Positions 1 to 7,887 of a stretch of DNA of 64,000 bases are shown here, piece after piece. Source of the DNA: Candidatus Omnitrophota bacterium (GTDB lineage: Bacteria > Omnitrophota > Omnitrophia > Omnitrophales > JACROU01); the NCBI GenBank assembly GCA_029261035.1, contig JAJDCD010000010.1:142612-206611 (forward strand). The letters are read 5' to 3'. The notes under the pieces were generated by a model. That model was not told where the DNA came from. It was given only the letters and a program-made list of their open reading frames with translations, and did no database searches. Both the position numbers and the translations under genes were made by a program. Numbering within the stretch: the first letter of the stretch is position 1; each line of letters begins with the position of its first letter.

Positions 1-297
1 TTGCAATCAAAAGTTTTTTTACGACGGTTGCTTGTCCTGATGTTTGATAAGTGGAGAGTTCTTTTCCTAAAATGCTTTCCACAGCTGTTTTTAACTCTTC
101 TTCAGAACTTACCAACTTTACCCCACCCCCCTTACCTCTTCCACCTGCAAGAATCTGCGCTTTTACTACCAGGCTAAAAGTGCCTAAAGTCTTTGCTGCT
201 TCAAGAGCCTGCTCTAAAGATTCCACAGCAACTCCTTCTTGAACAGGAAGGCCTTCTTGACCCAAAATTTCCTTTGCTTGATACTCATGAATTTTCA
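1..297 (-). CDS. sucC: Succinyl-CoA synthetase beta subunit, N-terminal part. The gene continues beyond the left window edge.
   Basis: Minus-strand translation from ATG at 297 gives MKIHEYQAKEILGQEGLPVQEG...AQILAGGRGKGGGVKLV. This is the conserved SucC ATP-grasp N-terminus. The ORF runs off the window. Confidence 0.8.
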
Positions 298-313
298 TTT
301 TATTTCTCCATAT

Positions 314-856
314 CTATGAATTAAATGTTCTGAATTTTCCTTGGCGATGCGCTTCTGCAAGAGCCGCGTATTTCTCTGCCCAATAACGGTTTCGAGCTAA
401 CTCTTCCGAGGTAAGCATTCGAACCTTTCTTGCAGGCCGTCCAACATAAACAGCTCCAGGCTCCAACTCTTTACCTTCTGTAATTAAACTTCCAGCACCA
501 ATAATCGTGCCTTTTCCAATATGAGCTCGATTCATAACGACAGTACCCATACCCACAAGAACATCATCTTCGACGGTACATGCATGCAAAATAACTCGAT
601 GCCCTACGGTAACATAATTTCCAACCACACAGGCTGTTTCGTTTTCAACATGGCAAACAGACAAATCTTGAATATTAGAATACTTTCCAACAACAATTTT
701 ATTGATATCCGCTCTAAGAACGCTTCCGGGCCATATACTAGAATTTTCCCCAAGCTGTACTCGTCCTGAAACCACAGCGGATGGTGCTACATATGCTAAT
801 GGATGTACTTGGGGTTCGAAAACTTGCTCTGAATTTTGTTCGGGCCAAAACGTCAT
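314..856 (-). CDS. Hexapeptide-repeat protein of the gamma-carbonic-anhydrase / YrdA / PaaY family
   Basis: 180 aa with left-handed beta-helix hexapeptide repeats and a gamma-CA-like His pattern (HVENET..., GHRVILHACTV). Sits between sdhB and sucC in the same orientation. Confidence 0.75.
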   Translation of the reverse strand: MTFWPEQNSEQVFEPQVHPLAYVAPSAVVSGRVQLGENSSIWPGSVLRADINKIVVGKYSNIQDLSVCHVENETACVVGNYVTVGHRVILHACTVEDDVLVGMGTVVMNRAHIGKGTIIGAGSLITEGKELEPGAVYVGRPARKVRMLTSEELARNRYWAEKYAALAEAHRQGKFRTFNS

Positions 857-859
857 TAT

Positions 860-1618
860 TTACTCTTTCAAAAATCCGAAAAGTTCTTTTGTGATATCTC
901 GATTCATTTCTGCGATAGATTGTGTGAGAGGAATATTTTGAGGGCATACCTGAACACAATTTTGAGCATTACCACAATCTTGAGCTCCTCCAGAAACCAT
1001 CAAAGATCGGGTTCTCTCTGAAGCATTTCTTTTTCCCGTAGGATGCGCATTAAATAAAACTGCTTGGCTGATAGCTGCAGGACCAATAAATGCAGATTGA
1101 GGGTTATATTGAGGGCATGCTTCTAAACAACATCCACAAGTCATACACTTAGATAATTCATAGCGATACTGAGCTTCTTTAGGAGACATACGAGGCCCTG
1201 GGCCTAAATCATAAGTCCCATCAACAGGCACCCAAGCTTTTACCTTCTTTAAGCTTTCAAACATAGAAGACCGGTTCACAACCAAATCACGAACCAAAGG
1301 AAATTTACTCATTGGCTCAATGCGAAGGGGATGCTCTAACTTATCTACCAACGCGGTACAGCTTTGACGCACTCTTCCATTAATCACCATCGTACAAGCG
1401 CCACACACTTCTTCCAAACAATTCTGCTCCCAACAAACTGGAGTCGTCTTCATTCCTTCTTTCGTTTGAGGTTTTTTCCTAATCTCCATCAAACAGCTAA
1501 TCACATTCATTCCTGGCCGATATTTCAAGCTAAACGTTTCCCAGCGAGCAGGACTGTTAGGCCCTTCTTGACGTTTTATTTTAATTTCAATATCTTCACG
1601 CTTAATCGTCTGGTTCAC
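860..1618 (-). CDS. sdhB: Succinate dehydrogenase / fumarate reductase iron-sulfur subunit
   Basis: CGACTMVINGRVRQSC 2Fe-2S motif and CMTCGCCLEACP...CVQVCP 4Fe-4S/3Fe-4S motifs. The track ORF starts at 1672, but the likely start is GTG at 1618 preceded by AAAGGAA. The extra N-terminus in the track is translation of an upstream heptamer-repeat element. Confidence 0.85.
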   Translation of the reverse strand: MNQTIKREDIEIKIKRQEGPNSPARWETFSLKYRPGMNVISCLMEIRKKPQTKEGMKTTPVCWEQNCLEEVCGACTMVINGRVRQSCTALVDKLEHPLRIEPMSKFPLVRDLVVNRSSMFESLKKVKAWVPVDGTYDLGPGPRMSPKEAQYRYELSKCMTCGCCLEACPQYNPQSAFIGPAAISQAVLFNAHPTGKRNASERTRSLMVSGGAQDCGNAQNCVQVCPQNIPLTQSIAEMNRDITKELFGFLKE

Positions 1619-1630
1619 TTTATTCCTTTG

Positions 1631-1666
1631 TCTATTAGCGTTTAGCGTAGAGCGTAGAGCGGATAG
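1631..1666. repeat. SD-abutting heptamer-repeat leader element upstream of sdhB (TCTATTAGCGTTTAGCGTAGAGCGTAGAGCGGATAG)
   Basis: Tandem NNTAGCG heptamers directly 5' of the SD (CCTTTGTCTATTAGCG... = mRNA ...CGCUAAUAGACAAAGG). The same unit is found at 4159-4196, 50005-50027 and 58812-58848. Confidence 0.65.
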
Positions 1667-1748
1667 AATCACCCACTCACCTTACCTTCTCCCGATCGGG
1701 GAGAGAAAAAAACAAAGGCTCACTCTTCACTAAATACGCGTAGCGTAT

Positions 1749-3494
1749 TTAGTACTTTCTCTCTTTAGGTTTAACCAAAGAGGTGTCTACTTCTTCATAA
1801 GTAATCACAGGCCCTTCAGGCGTATAAGAAGCAAGGGTCGTTTTTAAAAAATTCTTATCATCTCTTTTTGGAAACTCGGGTTTATAATGAGACCCTCTGC
1901 TTTCATTTCTTAACAAAGCTCCTTTGACAATAGCCTGCGCTATCGAGATCATATTTCCCAGTTGACGCGTAAATTGAAGAGGCTGATTCATCCACTCCGA
2001 AACATCGCTGACATTAACTTGTTTATAACGCTCTTGTAGCTCTTTTAATTTTTGTTCTGTTTTTTCTAAATCTTTATTATTCCTAACAACCGTAACATTC
2101 TTAGTCATCCAATCTGCCATTTCTTCCCAAATCACATATGGATTTTCTTTACCTCTTAATGTAAGTAGTCTTTCATTCGCATCCTGCTCTTTCTTAACTT
2201 GTTGTCCTGCCAACTTAGAAACCTCAGCATCCACATCGCCCTCAAGGCCACTCAAGTATTCTCCAGCTGTCTTAGCAGAAACTTCACCTCCATAAAAACA
2301 AGATAAAAGAGAATTCGCTCCCAATCGATTCGCTCCATGATATTGATAATCACATTCCCCAGCAGCTAAAAGCCCTTGCACATTCGTCATGTGATTCTGG
2401 TCAATATAAATCCCCCCCATCGAATAATGAACCGAAGGGAAAATTTTCATCGGAACTTTTGTTGGATCTTCCCCAACAAATTTTTCATAAATATGCAAGA
2501 TTCCACCTAAACGCTCCATGAGAAAATCGTGCGGTAAATGAGAGACATCTAAATAAACCTGATCCTCTCCATCAATCCCCAAATTCATTTCTCGGCAAAC
2601 TTTAAAAATAGCTCGTGTCGCAATATCTCGAGGAACCAAATTTCCATAATCGGGATACATCTCTTCTAAAAAGTACCAGCGCTCTCCATTTTTATAGGTC
2701 CAAACACGTCCCCCATCCCCTCTTGCAGATTCGGACATCAACCTATTTTTATCTTTACCAGGAATGGCTGTTGGATGCACCTGAATAAACTCTCCGTTAG
2801 CATAATGAACACCTTGTTGATATACAGCCCCTGCAGCACTACCCGTACAAGCAACAGAGTTCGTGCTACGACCATAAATAAGTCCACAACCCCCCGTAGC
2901 AAGAATCACTGCCCCTGATTTGAATGCCTGGACTTCCATATTATTCAAGTTCATTGCTACTATGCCGCGACACACTTGTTTGTCATCCATGATTGTGGAT
3001 AAAAATTCCCAACCTTCAAATTTTCGAACCTTTCCTTCAACTTCAAATCGACGAACTTGTTCGTCCAATGCATAAAGTAACTGCTGTCCTGTTGTCGCTC
3101 CAGAAAAAGCGGTTCGATGAAATTTAGTTCCTCCAAAACGACGAAAATCTAAAAGCCCTTCTGGAGTTCTGTTAAATGGAACGCCCATCCGATCCAGCAT
3201 ATCAATATAATGAGGTGCTTTCTCACACATTCCTTTAACCAAAGCCTGGTTGGCTAAATAATCTCCACCATAAAGTGTTTCTTCAAAATGAATTTGAGGA
3301 GAATCCCCTTCACCCTTTGTATTGACCGCTGCATTCATTCCACCTTGAGCACAAGCAGAATGAGAACGCTTTACCGGTACAATAGAAAATAAATCTACGT
3401 GATAACCGGCCTCCGCCAGCTTGATCACAGCCATTAAACCTGCAAGGCCTCCGCCAACAACAATTACTTTTTTCTTCAAACTAACTTCTGCCAT
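1749..3494 (-). CDS. sdhA: Succinate dehydrogenase flavoprotein subunit
   Basis: 581 aa. FAD-binding VIVVGGGLAGLMA, covalent-FAD histidine context RSHSACAQGGMNAA, and an SdhA/FrdA-like C-terminal domain. Confidence 0.9.
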   Translation of the reverse strand: MAEVSLKKKVIVVGGGLAGLMAVIKLAEAGYHVDLFSIVPVKRSHSACAQGGMNAAVNTKGEGDSPQIHFEETLYGGDYLANQALVKGMCEKAPHYIDMLDRMGVPFNRTPEGLLDFRRFGGTKFHRTAFSGATTGQQLLYALDEQVRRFEVEGKVRKFEGWEFLSTIMDDKQVCRGIVAMNLNNMEVQAFKSGAVILATGGCGLIYGRSTNSVACTGSAAGAVYQQGVHYANGEFIQVHPTAIPGKDKNRLMSESARGDGGRVWTYKNGERWYFLEEMYPDYGNLVPRDIATRAIFKVCREMNLGIDGEDQVYLDVSHLPHDFLMERLGGILHIYEKFVGEDPTKVPMKIFPSVHYSMGGIYIDQNHMTNVQGLLAAGECDYQYHGANRLGANSLLSCFYGGEVSAKTAGEYLSGLEGDVDAEVSKLAGQQVKKEQDANERLLTLRGKENPYVIWEEMADWMTKNVTVVRNNKDLEKTEQKLKELQERYKQVNVSDVSEWMNQPLQFTRQLGNMISIAQAIVKGALLRNESRGSHYKPEFPKRDDKNFLKTTLASYTPEGPVITYEEVDTSLVKPKERKY

Positions 3495-3511
3495 TTTCTC
3501 TAATTCCTTTT

Positions 3512-4147
3512 TTAACCTCTAACAACAATAATTGATTGTAACGCCATAGCAAACAAAGCAAAACCAATCACACTAAAAATAATTCCTGAAATTCGCTGTG
3601 ATTTTTTCCCAATTGTAATTCCCCATGTAATACAGAATAACCAAAGCCCATTCGCAAAATGAAACATGGTTGCAACGAGACCCACAACATAAAACGAAAA
3701 AATCCATGGAACTCTCATAGACCTTCTCACCGCTTCGTAATTAACTTCAAAATGAAATACTTCACTCGCAATTCGGAAATCCCAAATATGATATGCGATA
3801 AAAGCAAGAGCAATAAGCCCAGAAACACGCTGAAGAAAATAAAACCAGTTTTTAGCATAACCATAGCTCTTCAAATTTAAAGAGCTGGTATAGCAAATAT
3901 AAATCCCATAGACTGCGTGCAAAAAGATAGGTAGTCCAATAAAGGTAATCTCGATAGGAATTAAGTAAGGAAGACTGCGAAGCAGATTAATAACACCATT
4001 GTAAGCTTCAGGACCTTTAAGGATAAATGCGTTAGCAATCATATGCTCTACAAGAAAAATAGAGACTGGAAACACCCCTAAAAGAGAGTGTATGCGTCGT
4101 AAGTAAAAATGTTTAACATCTATTTTTTCTGCAACAGATTCAGACAT
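3512..4147 (-). CDS. sdhC: Succinate dehydrogenase membrane anchor / cytochrome b subunit
   Basis: 211-aa polytopic membrane protein with His residues, directly upstream of sdhA in the same orientation. SD AAAGGA precedes the ATG at 4147. Confidence 0.65.
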   Translation of the reverse strand: MSESVAEKIDVKHFYLRRIHSLLGVFPVSIFLVEHMIANAFILKGPEAYNGVINLLRSLPYLIPIEITFIGLPIFLHAVYGIYICYTSSLNLKSYGYAKNWFYFLQRVSGLIALAFIAYHIWDFRIASEVFHFEVNYEAVRRSMRVPWIFSFYVVGLVATMFHFANGLWLFCITWGITIGKKSQRISGIIFSVIGFALFAMALQSIIVVRG

Positions 4148-4158
4148 GAGGTCCTTTG

Positions 4159-4196
4159 TCTATTAGCGGATAGCGTTTAGCGTAGAGCGGATAGGA
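4159..4196. repeat. SD-abutting heptamer-repeat leader element upstream of sdhC (TCTATTAGCGGATAGCGTTTAGCGTAGAGCGGATAGG)
   Basis: Same element and the same position relative to the SD/start as at sdhB. Confidence 0.65.
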
Positions 4197-4232
4197 AAAC
4201 ACTATTCCTTTGTCATAAAAATACAAGAAAAT

Positions 4233-4337
4233 GTCATTGCGAGGTGTCATTCAAGGAGCCGTGGCAATCTCGGATGATGATTGTCACCATTACCCCTGAG
4301 ATTGCCGCAGCTCTTTTGTCACACACTTCGCAATGAC
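4233..4337. repeat. MITE-like nested palindromic element, family E, in the mdh-sdhC spacer
   Basis: GTCATTGCGAGG...GAGCCGTGGCAATCTCGG...CCTGAGATTGCCGCAGCTC...CTTCGCAATGAC. Confidence 0.65.
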
Positions 4338-4346
4338 AAGCACTTC

Positions 4347-5300
4347 TTAAGCGAGAACAGCTATGAGTTCTTTTACATGCGATGCTGAAGTTTGAAGAGC
4401 TTCTAATGAGTTCGGCTCCAACTTCAACTCAATCACTTCTTTCACGCCTGAACGATCCAACCGTACAGGAACACCACAATACAAATCTTTAATACCATAA
4501 GCATCTTTGACCAAAGCACAACAAGGAAGAATTCGACCGGAGTCATTTAAAATAGCTTCGACCATGGCAACAGCAGAAGCGGAAGGAGCATAATAAGCAC
4601 TTCCTGTTTTTAAATAATTAACAATCTCAATACCACCGTTACGAGTACGATCATTTATTTCTTCTATTTTTTCTGCTGGTAATAATTGAGTAATTGGAAT
4701 TCCATTCACAGTAGAGTATTCTGGCACAGGCACCATTGAATCCCCATGCCCACCGAGCACCATAGCACAAACATCTTTAGGAGATACCCCAAGTTCCATC
4801 GCAATAAAAGAAGCATAACGTGAGGAATCCAAAACACCCGCCATTCCCACGACACGAGAAGCCTCAAAACCAGAACGTTGCCATGCAATATACGTCATCA
4901 CATCCAGTGGATTACTAACCACAACAAGAATGCTCTTCGGAGAAGTCTTTACTACTTCAGAAACAACTCCACCCACAATATCCGCATTCTTCTTTAATAA
5001 ATCGTCACGACTCATTCCTGGCTTTCTCGCTAAACCTGCTGTAATCACCACAATATCGGAATCTTTAGTAAGCGCATAATCATTCGACCCTACGATCTTA
5101 GCATCAAAACCTTCAATGGGAGCAGACTCCATCATATCCAAAGCTTTTCCTTGAGGAACTCCATCAACAATATCCACTAGAACAACATCTGCTAAATCTT
5201 TTTCGACAATACGTTGAGCTGCTGTAGCGCCTACAAAGCCAGCGCCCACAACTGTAACTTTAGGTCTTTTACCTGTAATTTCTGGAAATGTTTTAATCAC
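4347..5300 (-). CDS. mdh: Malate dehydrogenase (LDH-like NAD-dependent type)
   Basis: 317 aa. N-terminal Rossmann motif [15 protein letters not shown] and an LDH/MDH family catalytic region. Confidence 0.85.
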   Translation of the reverse strand: MIKTFPEITGKRPKVTVVGAGFVGATAAQRIVEKDLADVVLVDIVDGVPQGKALDMMESAPIEGFDAKIVGSNDYALTKDSDIVVITAGLARKPGMSRDDLLKKNADIVGGVVSEVVKTSPKSILVVVSNPLDVMTYIAWQRSGFEASRVVGMAGVLDSSRYASFIAMELGVSPKDVCAMVLGGHGDSMVPVPEYSTVNGIPITQLLPAEKIEEINDRTRNGGIEIVNYLKTGSAYYAPSASAVAMVEAILNDSGRILPCCALVKDAYGIKDLYCGVPVRLDRSGVKEVIELKLEPNSLEALQTSASHVKELIAVLA

Positions 5301-5317
5301 AATATATCCTTTACCTA

Positions 5318-5435
5318 ATTAAAAGCTAAAAAGTCAAAAGTAAAAAACATAATTCAAAGCTCAAATCCAAATACTTATTTGGTCTTTAAATTTTTTAATT
5401 TTAAACTATAGCTTTTACTTTTTACTTTTAAATCT
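5318..5435. repeat. AT-rich MITE-like element family H in the icd-mdh spacer, core palindrome CCAAATActTATTTGG (5366-5381)
   Basis: Arms CTAAAAAGTCAAAAGTAAAAAAC / GCTTTTACTTTTTACTTTTAAA. Homologous to 30820-30925. Confidence 0.55.
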
Positions 5436-5443
5436 TTACTTCT

Positions 5444-6541
5444 TCAACCTTCTTGAACTTTTCTGGCAATGGCTTCTGCCATTTCTTGTGTTCCTACAAT
5501 TGTTGGGTCATTACGATCCTCTTTAAGATCGTAAGTCACTTCTTTTCCTTCACGAATAATATCTGCAACTGCTTTTTCTAAACGCGCCGCAGCTTCTGCT
5601 TCACCCATATATTCCAACATCAATTTTCCTGAAAGAATCAAAGCCGTTGGATTTACTTTATTTAAACCTTTATATTTTGGAGCAGAACCATGAGTTGCTT
5701 CAAAAATAGCGCCAAACTCTCCAATATTACCTCCAGGAGCAACTCCCAAACCACCCACCAAACCAGCGCAAAGATCCGAAAGGATATCTCCATAAAGATT
5801 AGGAAGTACAAGAACATCATATTCTTCAGGTTTCTGAACGAGTTGCATACACATGTTGTCTACAATACGTTCTTCAAATTCGATATCGTTATAATCTTTA
5901 GCAACTTGCTCTGCAACTTCCAAGAAAAGACCATCTGAAAATTTCATAATGTTTGCTTTATGAACCGCAGTCACCTTCTTACGCTTCATTTTTCGAGCTG
6001 TTTCAAAAGCAAATCGAACAATTCGTTCTGATCCGGAAACTGTAATGGGTTTAATACTAATGCCCGCGTCAGCTCCAATCTTTTTCCCATCATAGAGTGC
6101 TGCTATTTCATCAATCAGCTTAAGAGCTTCTTTGGTTCCCTTTTGGAACTCAATCCCTGCATATAAATCCTCGGTATTTTCACGCACAATCACTAAATCA
6201 ATATCATCATACCGACTGCTAACACCCTCATACGTTTTACAAGGACGAAGACAAGCGTATAAATCAAACTCTTTTCTCAACGCAACATTCACAGAGCGAA
6301 AACCTTTTCCTACAGGAGTTGTAATAGGTGCTTTAATCGCTAGCTTATTTTTCCTAATAGACGCTAATGTTTTCTCAGGAAGTGGCGTTCCCTCTGTTTC
6401 CATCACATCCACACCTGCTTCTTGTATATCCCAATTAATTTTAACGCCTGTTGCATCTAAACACTTTTTAGTGGCTTCTGCCAATTCTGGCCCTGTACCA
6501 TCCCCAGTAATCAATGTAATATCATATGTTTTGTCCGACAT
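5444..6541 (-). CDS. icd: Isocitrate dehydrogenase (isocitrate/isopropylmalate dehydrogenase family)
   Basis: 365 aa beginning [14 protein letters not shown], the beta-decarboxylating dehydrogenase signature. The TCA context favours isocitrate DH over LeuB. Confidence 0.7.
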   Translation of the reverse strand: MSDKTYDITLITGDGTGPELAEATKKCLDATGVKINWDIQEAGVDVMETEGTPLPEKTLASIRKNKLAIKAPITTPVGKGFRSVNVALRKEFDLYACLRPCKTYEGVSSRYDDIDLVIVRENTEDLYAGIEFQKGTKEALKLIDEIAALYDGKKIGADAGISIKPITVSGSERIVRFAFETARKMKRKKVTAVHKANIMKFSDGLFLEVAEQVAKDYNDIEFEERIVDNMCMQLVQKPEEYDVLVLPNLYGDILSDLCAGLVGGLGVAPGGNIGEFGAIFEATHGSAPKYKGLNKVNPTALILSGKLMLEYMGEAEAAARLEKAVADIIREGKEVTYDLKEDRNDPTIVGTQEMAEAIARKVQEG

Positions 6542-6747
6542 CTTAAGTCTCCTAATTCTATAAATTTAAAAGTTTAAAGTGAAAATTCAAAAGCATAATT
6601 CAAAATTTAAATACTCTTGTTGAAAAACCTATTTCTTTACTCTATAGATTCATCTAAAATAGTGAATTCAATCTTAAGTAAGCAGTCTATAAAGCTATTC
6701 ACACAGATCAAGACCTTTGATCTTATCAAAAGGAGAGTCCCCTTTCA

Positions 6748-7551
6748 ATGGTTTCTTCACAAAAAACCCTTTTAAATCAATGCAAAAAAACCATGGTGCA
6801 AGCCCTAAAATCCTCCGGGAAAATACTAAAGAAGAACCTAACCGTAAAAAAGCACATTAAGGACAAGGGAAACGCTGGAATCGATATCGTGACTCAAGTG
6901 GATCTTAAGTCAGAGAAGAACATTATCGGACTCATTTCAAAGGCATTTCCTAACCACGCCATTCTAGCAGAGGAATCCAAAGCACAAGACGGAGATGATT
7001 ATAAATGGATCATAGATCCCCTGGACGGCACTCTTAATTATTCCCATGGATTCCCTAACACAACCGTATCTATTGCTCTAGAGCATAAAGGAAAGATCCT
7101 TATGGGAGGCGTTTACGACCCATTCAGAGACGAGCTATTCTTTGCCCAAAAAGGAAATGGCTCTTTTCTAAATGGCAAAAAAATTCACGTATCTTCCACC
7201 CCCAAACTCAACCGCTCTCTTCTCTGCACAGGATTTCCCTACGACTTAAGGGTAGGCAACAACGCAAACAAATATCTGAAAATATTTAAGAAATTCCTAC
7301 TCTCATCTCAAGCAGTCCGAAGATGCGGATCCGCAGCAATGGATCTAAGTTACCTCGCCTGCGGACGCTTCGATGGTTTCTGGGAGCTCAAACTAAAACC
7401 GTGGGACACCGCAGCAGCAGTCCTCATCGTCCAAGAAGCCGGCGGAAAAGTCACAACCTACAGCGGCAAACCTTTTTCCATTTACCAAAACGAACTCCTA
7501 GCCTCAAACGGAAAAATCCACACAGAAATGAAAAAACACGTCCGCCCTTAA
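6748..7551 (+). CDS. suhB: Inositol monophosphatase family protein
   Basis: 267 aa with the WIIDPLDGTLNYSHGFP metal-binding motif and the C-terminal WDTAAAVLIVQEAGG motif. Confidence 0.8.
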   Translation: MVSSQKTLLNQCKKTMVQALKSSGKILKKNLTVKKHIKDKGNAGIDIVTQVDLKSEKNIIGLISKAFPNHAILAEESKAQDGDDYKWIIDPLDGTLNYSHGFPNTTVSIALEHKGKILMGGVYDPFRDELFFAQKGNGSFLNGKKIHVSSTPKLNRSLLCTGFPYDLRVGNNANKYLKIFKKFLLSSQAVRRCGSAAMDLSYLACGRFDGFWELKLKPWDTAAAVLIVQEAGGKVTTYSGKPFSIYQNELLASNGKIHTEMKKHVRP

Positions 7552-7568
7552 CCTCGACGCCCGATGCG

Positions 7569-7591
7569 AATCCTCCAAACTTTTTGGAGGA
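7569..7591 (+). terminator. Stem-loop directly after suhB stop (ATCCTCCAAA-ctt-TTTGGAGGAT)
   Basis: Perfect 10-bp inverted repeat seen in sequence 18 nt after the suhB stop. No clean T-run follows. Confidence 0.4.
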
Positions 7592-7792
7592 TCCTAAATC
7601 CACTTTCACCCTTCATTTTGCAAATAACGCTTTTATCCCAATCAAACGTAAAATCGCCAACAACAAACAAGCGTTTCGTTATGAATAACATAATGAAACA
7701 CCCTAAACCAAGAAAGCCAGAGCTGCTCGATGCAGCTCTGGCTTTCAACCCTCTAACACCCACCACCGTGGTTAACTTAAAGGAAAATGGAA

Positions 7793-7870
7793 AGGTCCCG
7801 CCGCGAGTTCACAAAAATCGCTTCACAATTTTTGTGCTGTCTGAGCGCCGGGACCTTTTCATTTTCCAAC
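7793..7870. terminator. GC-rich nested hairpin between convergent suhB and the RND gene. Likely a bidirectional terminator.
   Basis: Outer stem AAAGGTCCCGCCGCGAG / CTGAGCGCCGGGACCTTT and inner stem CACAAAAAT / ATTTTTGTG. TTTTCATTTT follows on plus and TTTTCCATTTTCC on minus. Confidence 0.5.
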
Positions 7871-7887
7871 AACCAAAAAATATATTC

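Noticed and set aside
51-242. 63-aa plus-strand ORF at the left edge
   Set aside because: Lies antisense inside the N-terminal coding region of sucC (minus strand, strong SucC similarity). The reading frame is proline/leucine-rich noise.
1619-1672. Track N-terminal extensions (MILSALRSTLNANRQRNK... here; MTKGFPLPNRERAGV... at 50079; MCKKPVSDGFF... at 47077; MTFQGLPLLLL... at 20661; MDVSIVFTLYFLFLNF... at 30855; MSPSSTSILILQRRF... at 40570)
   Set aside because: Each is upstream of a better start with an SD (GTG 1618, ATG 49989, ATG 47002, ATG 20583, GTG 30792, TTG 40522) and conserved family N-termini begin there. Several extensions are just translated repeat elements.
6700-6716. GATCAAgacctTTGATC inverted repeat upstream of suhB, superficially FNR-like
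   Set aside because: Half-site order is ATCAA...TTGAT, not the FNR/CRP TTGAT-N4-ATCAA arrangement. Probably a chance palindrome in AT-rich DNA.
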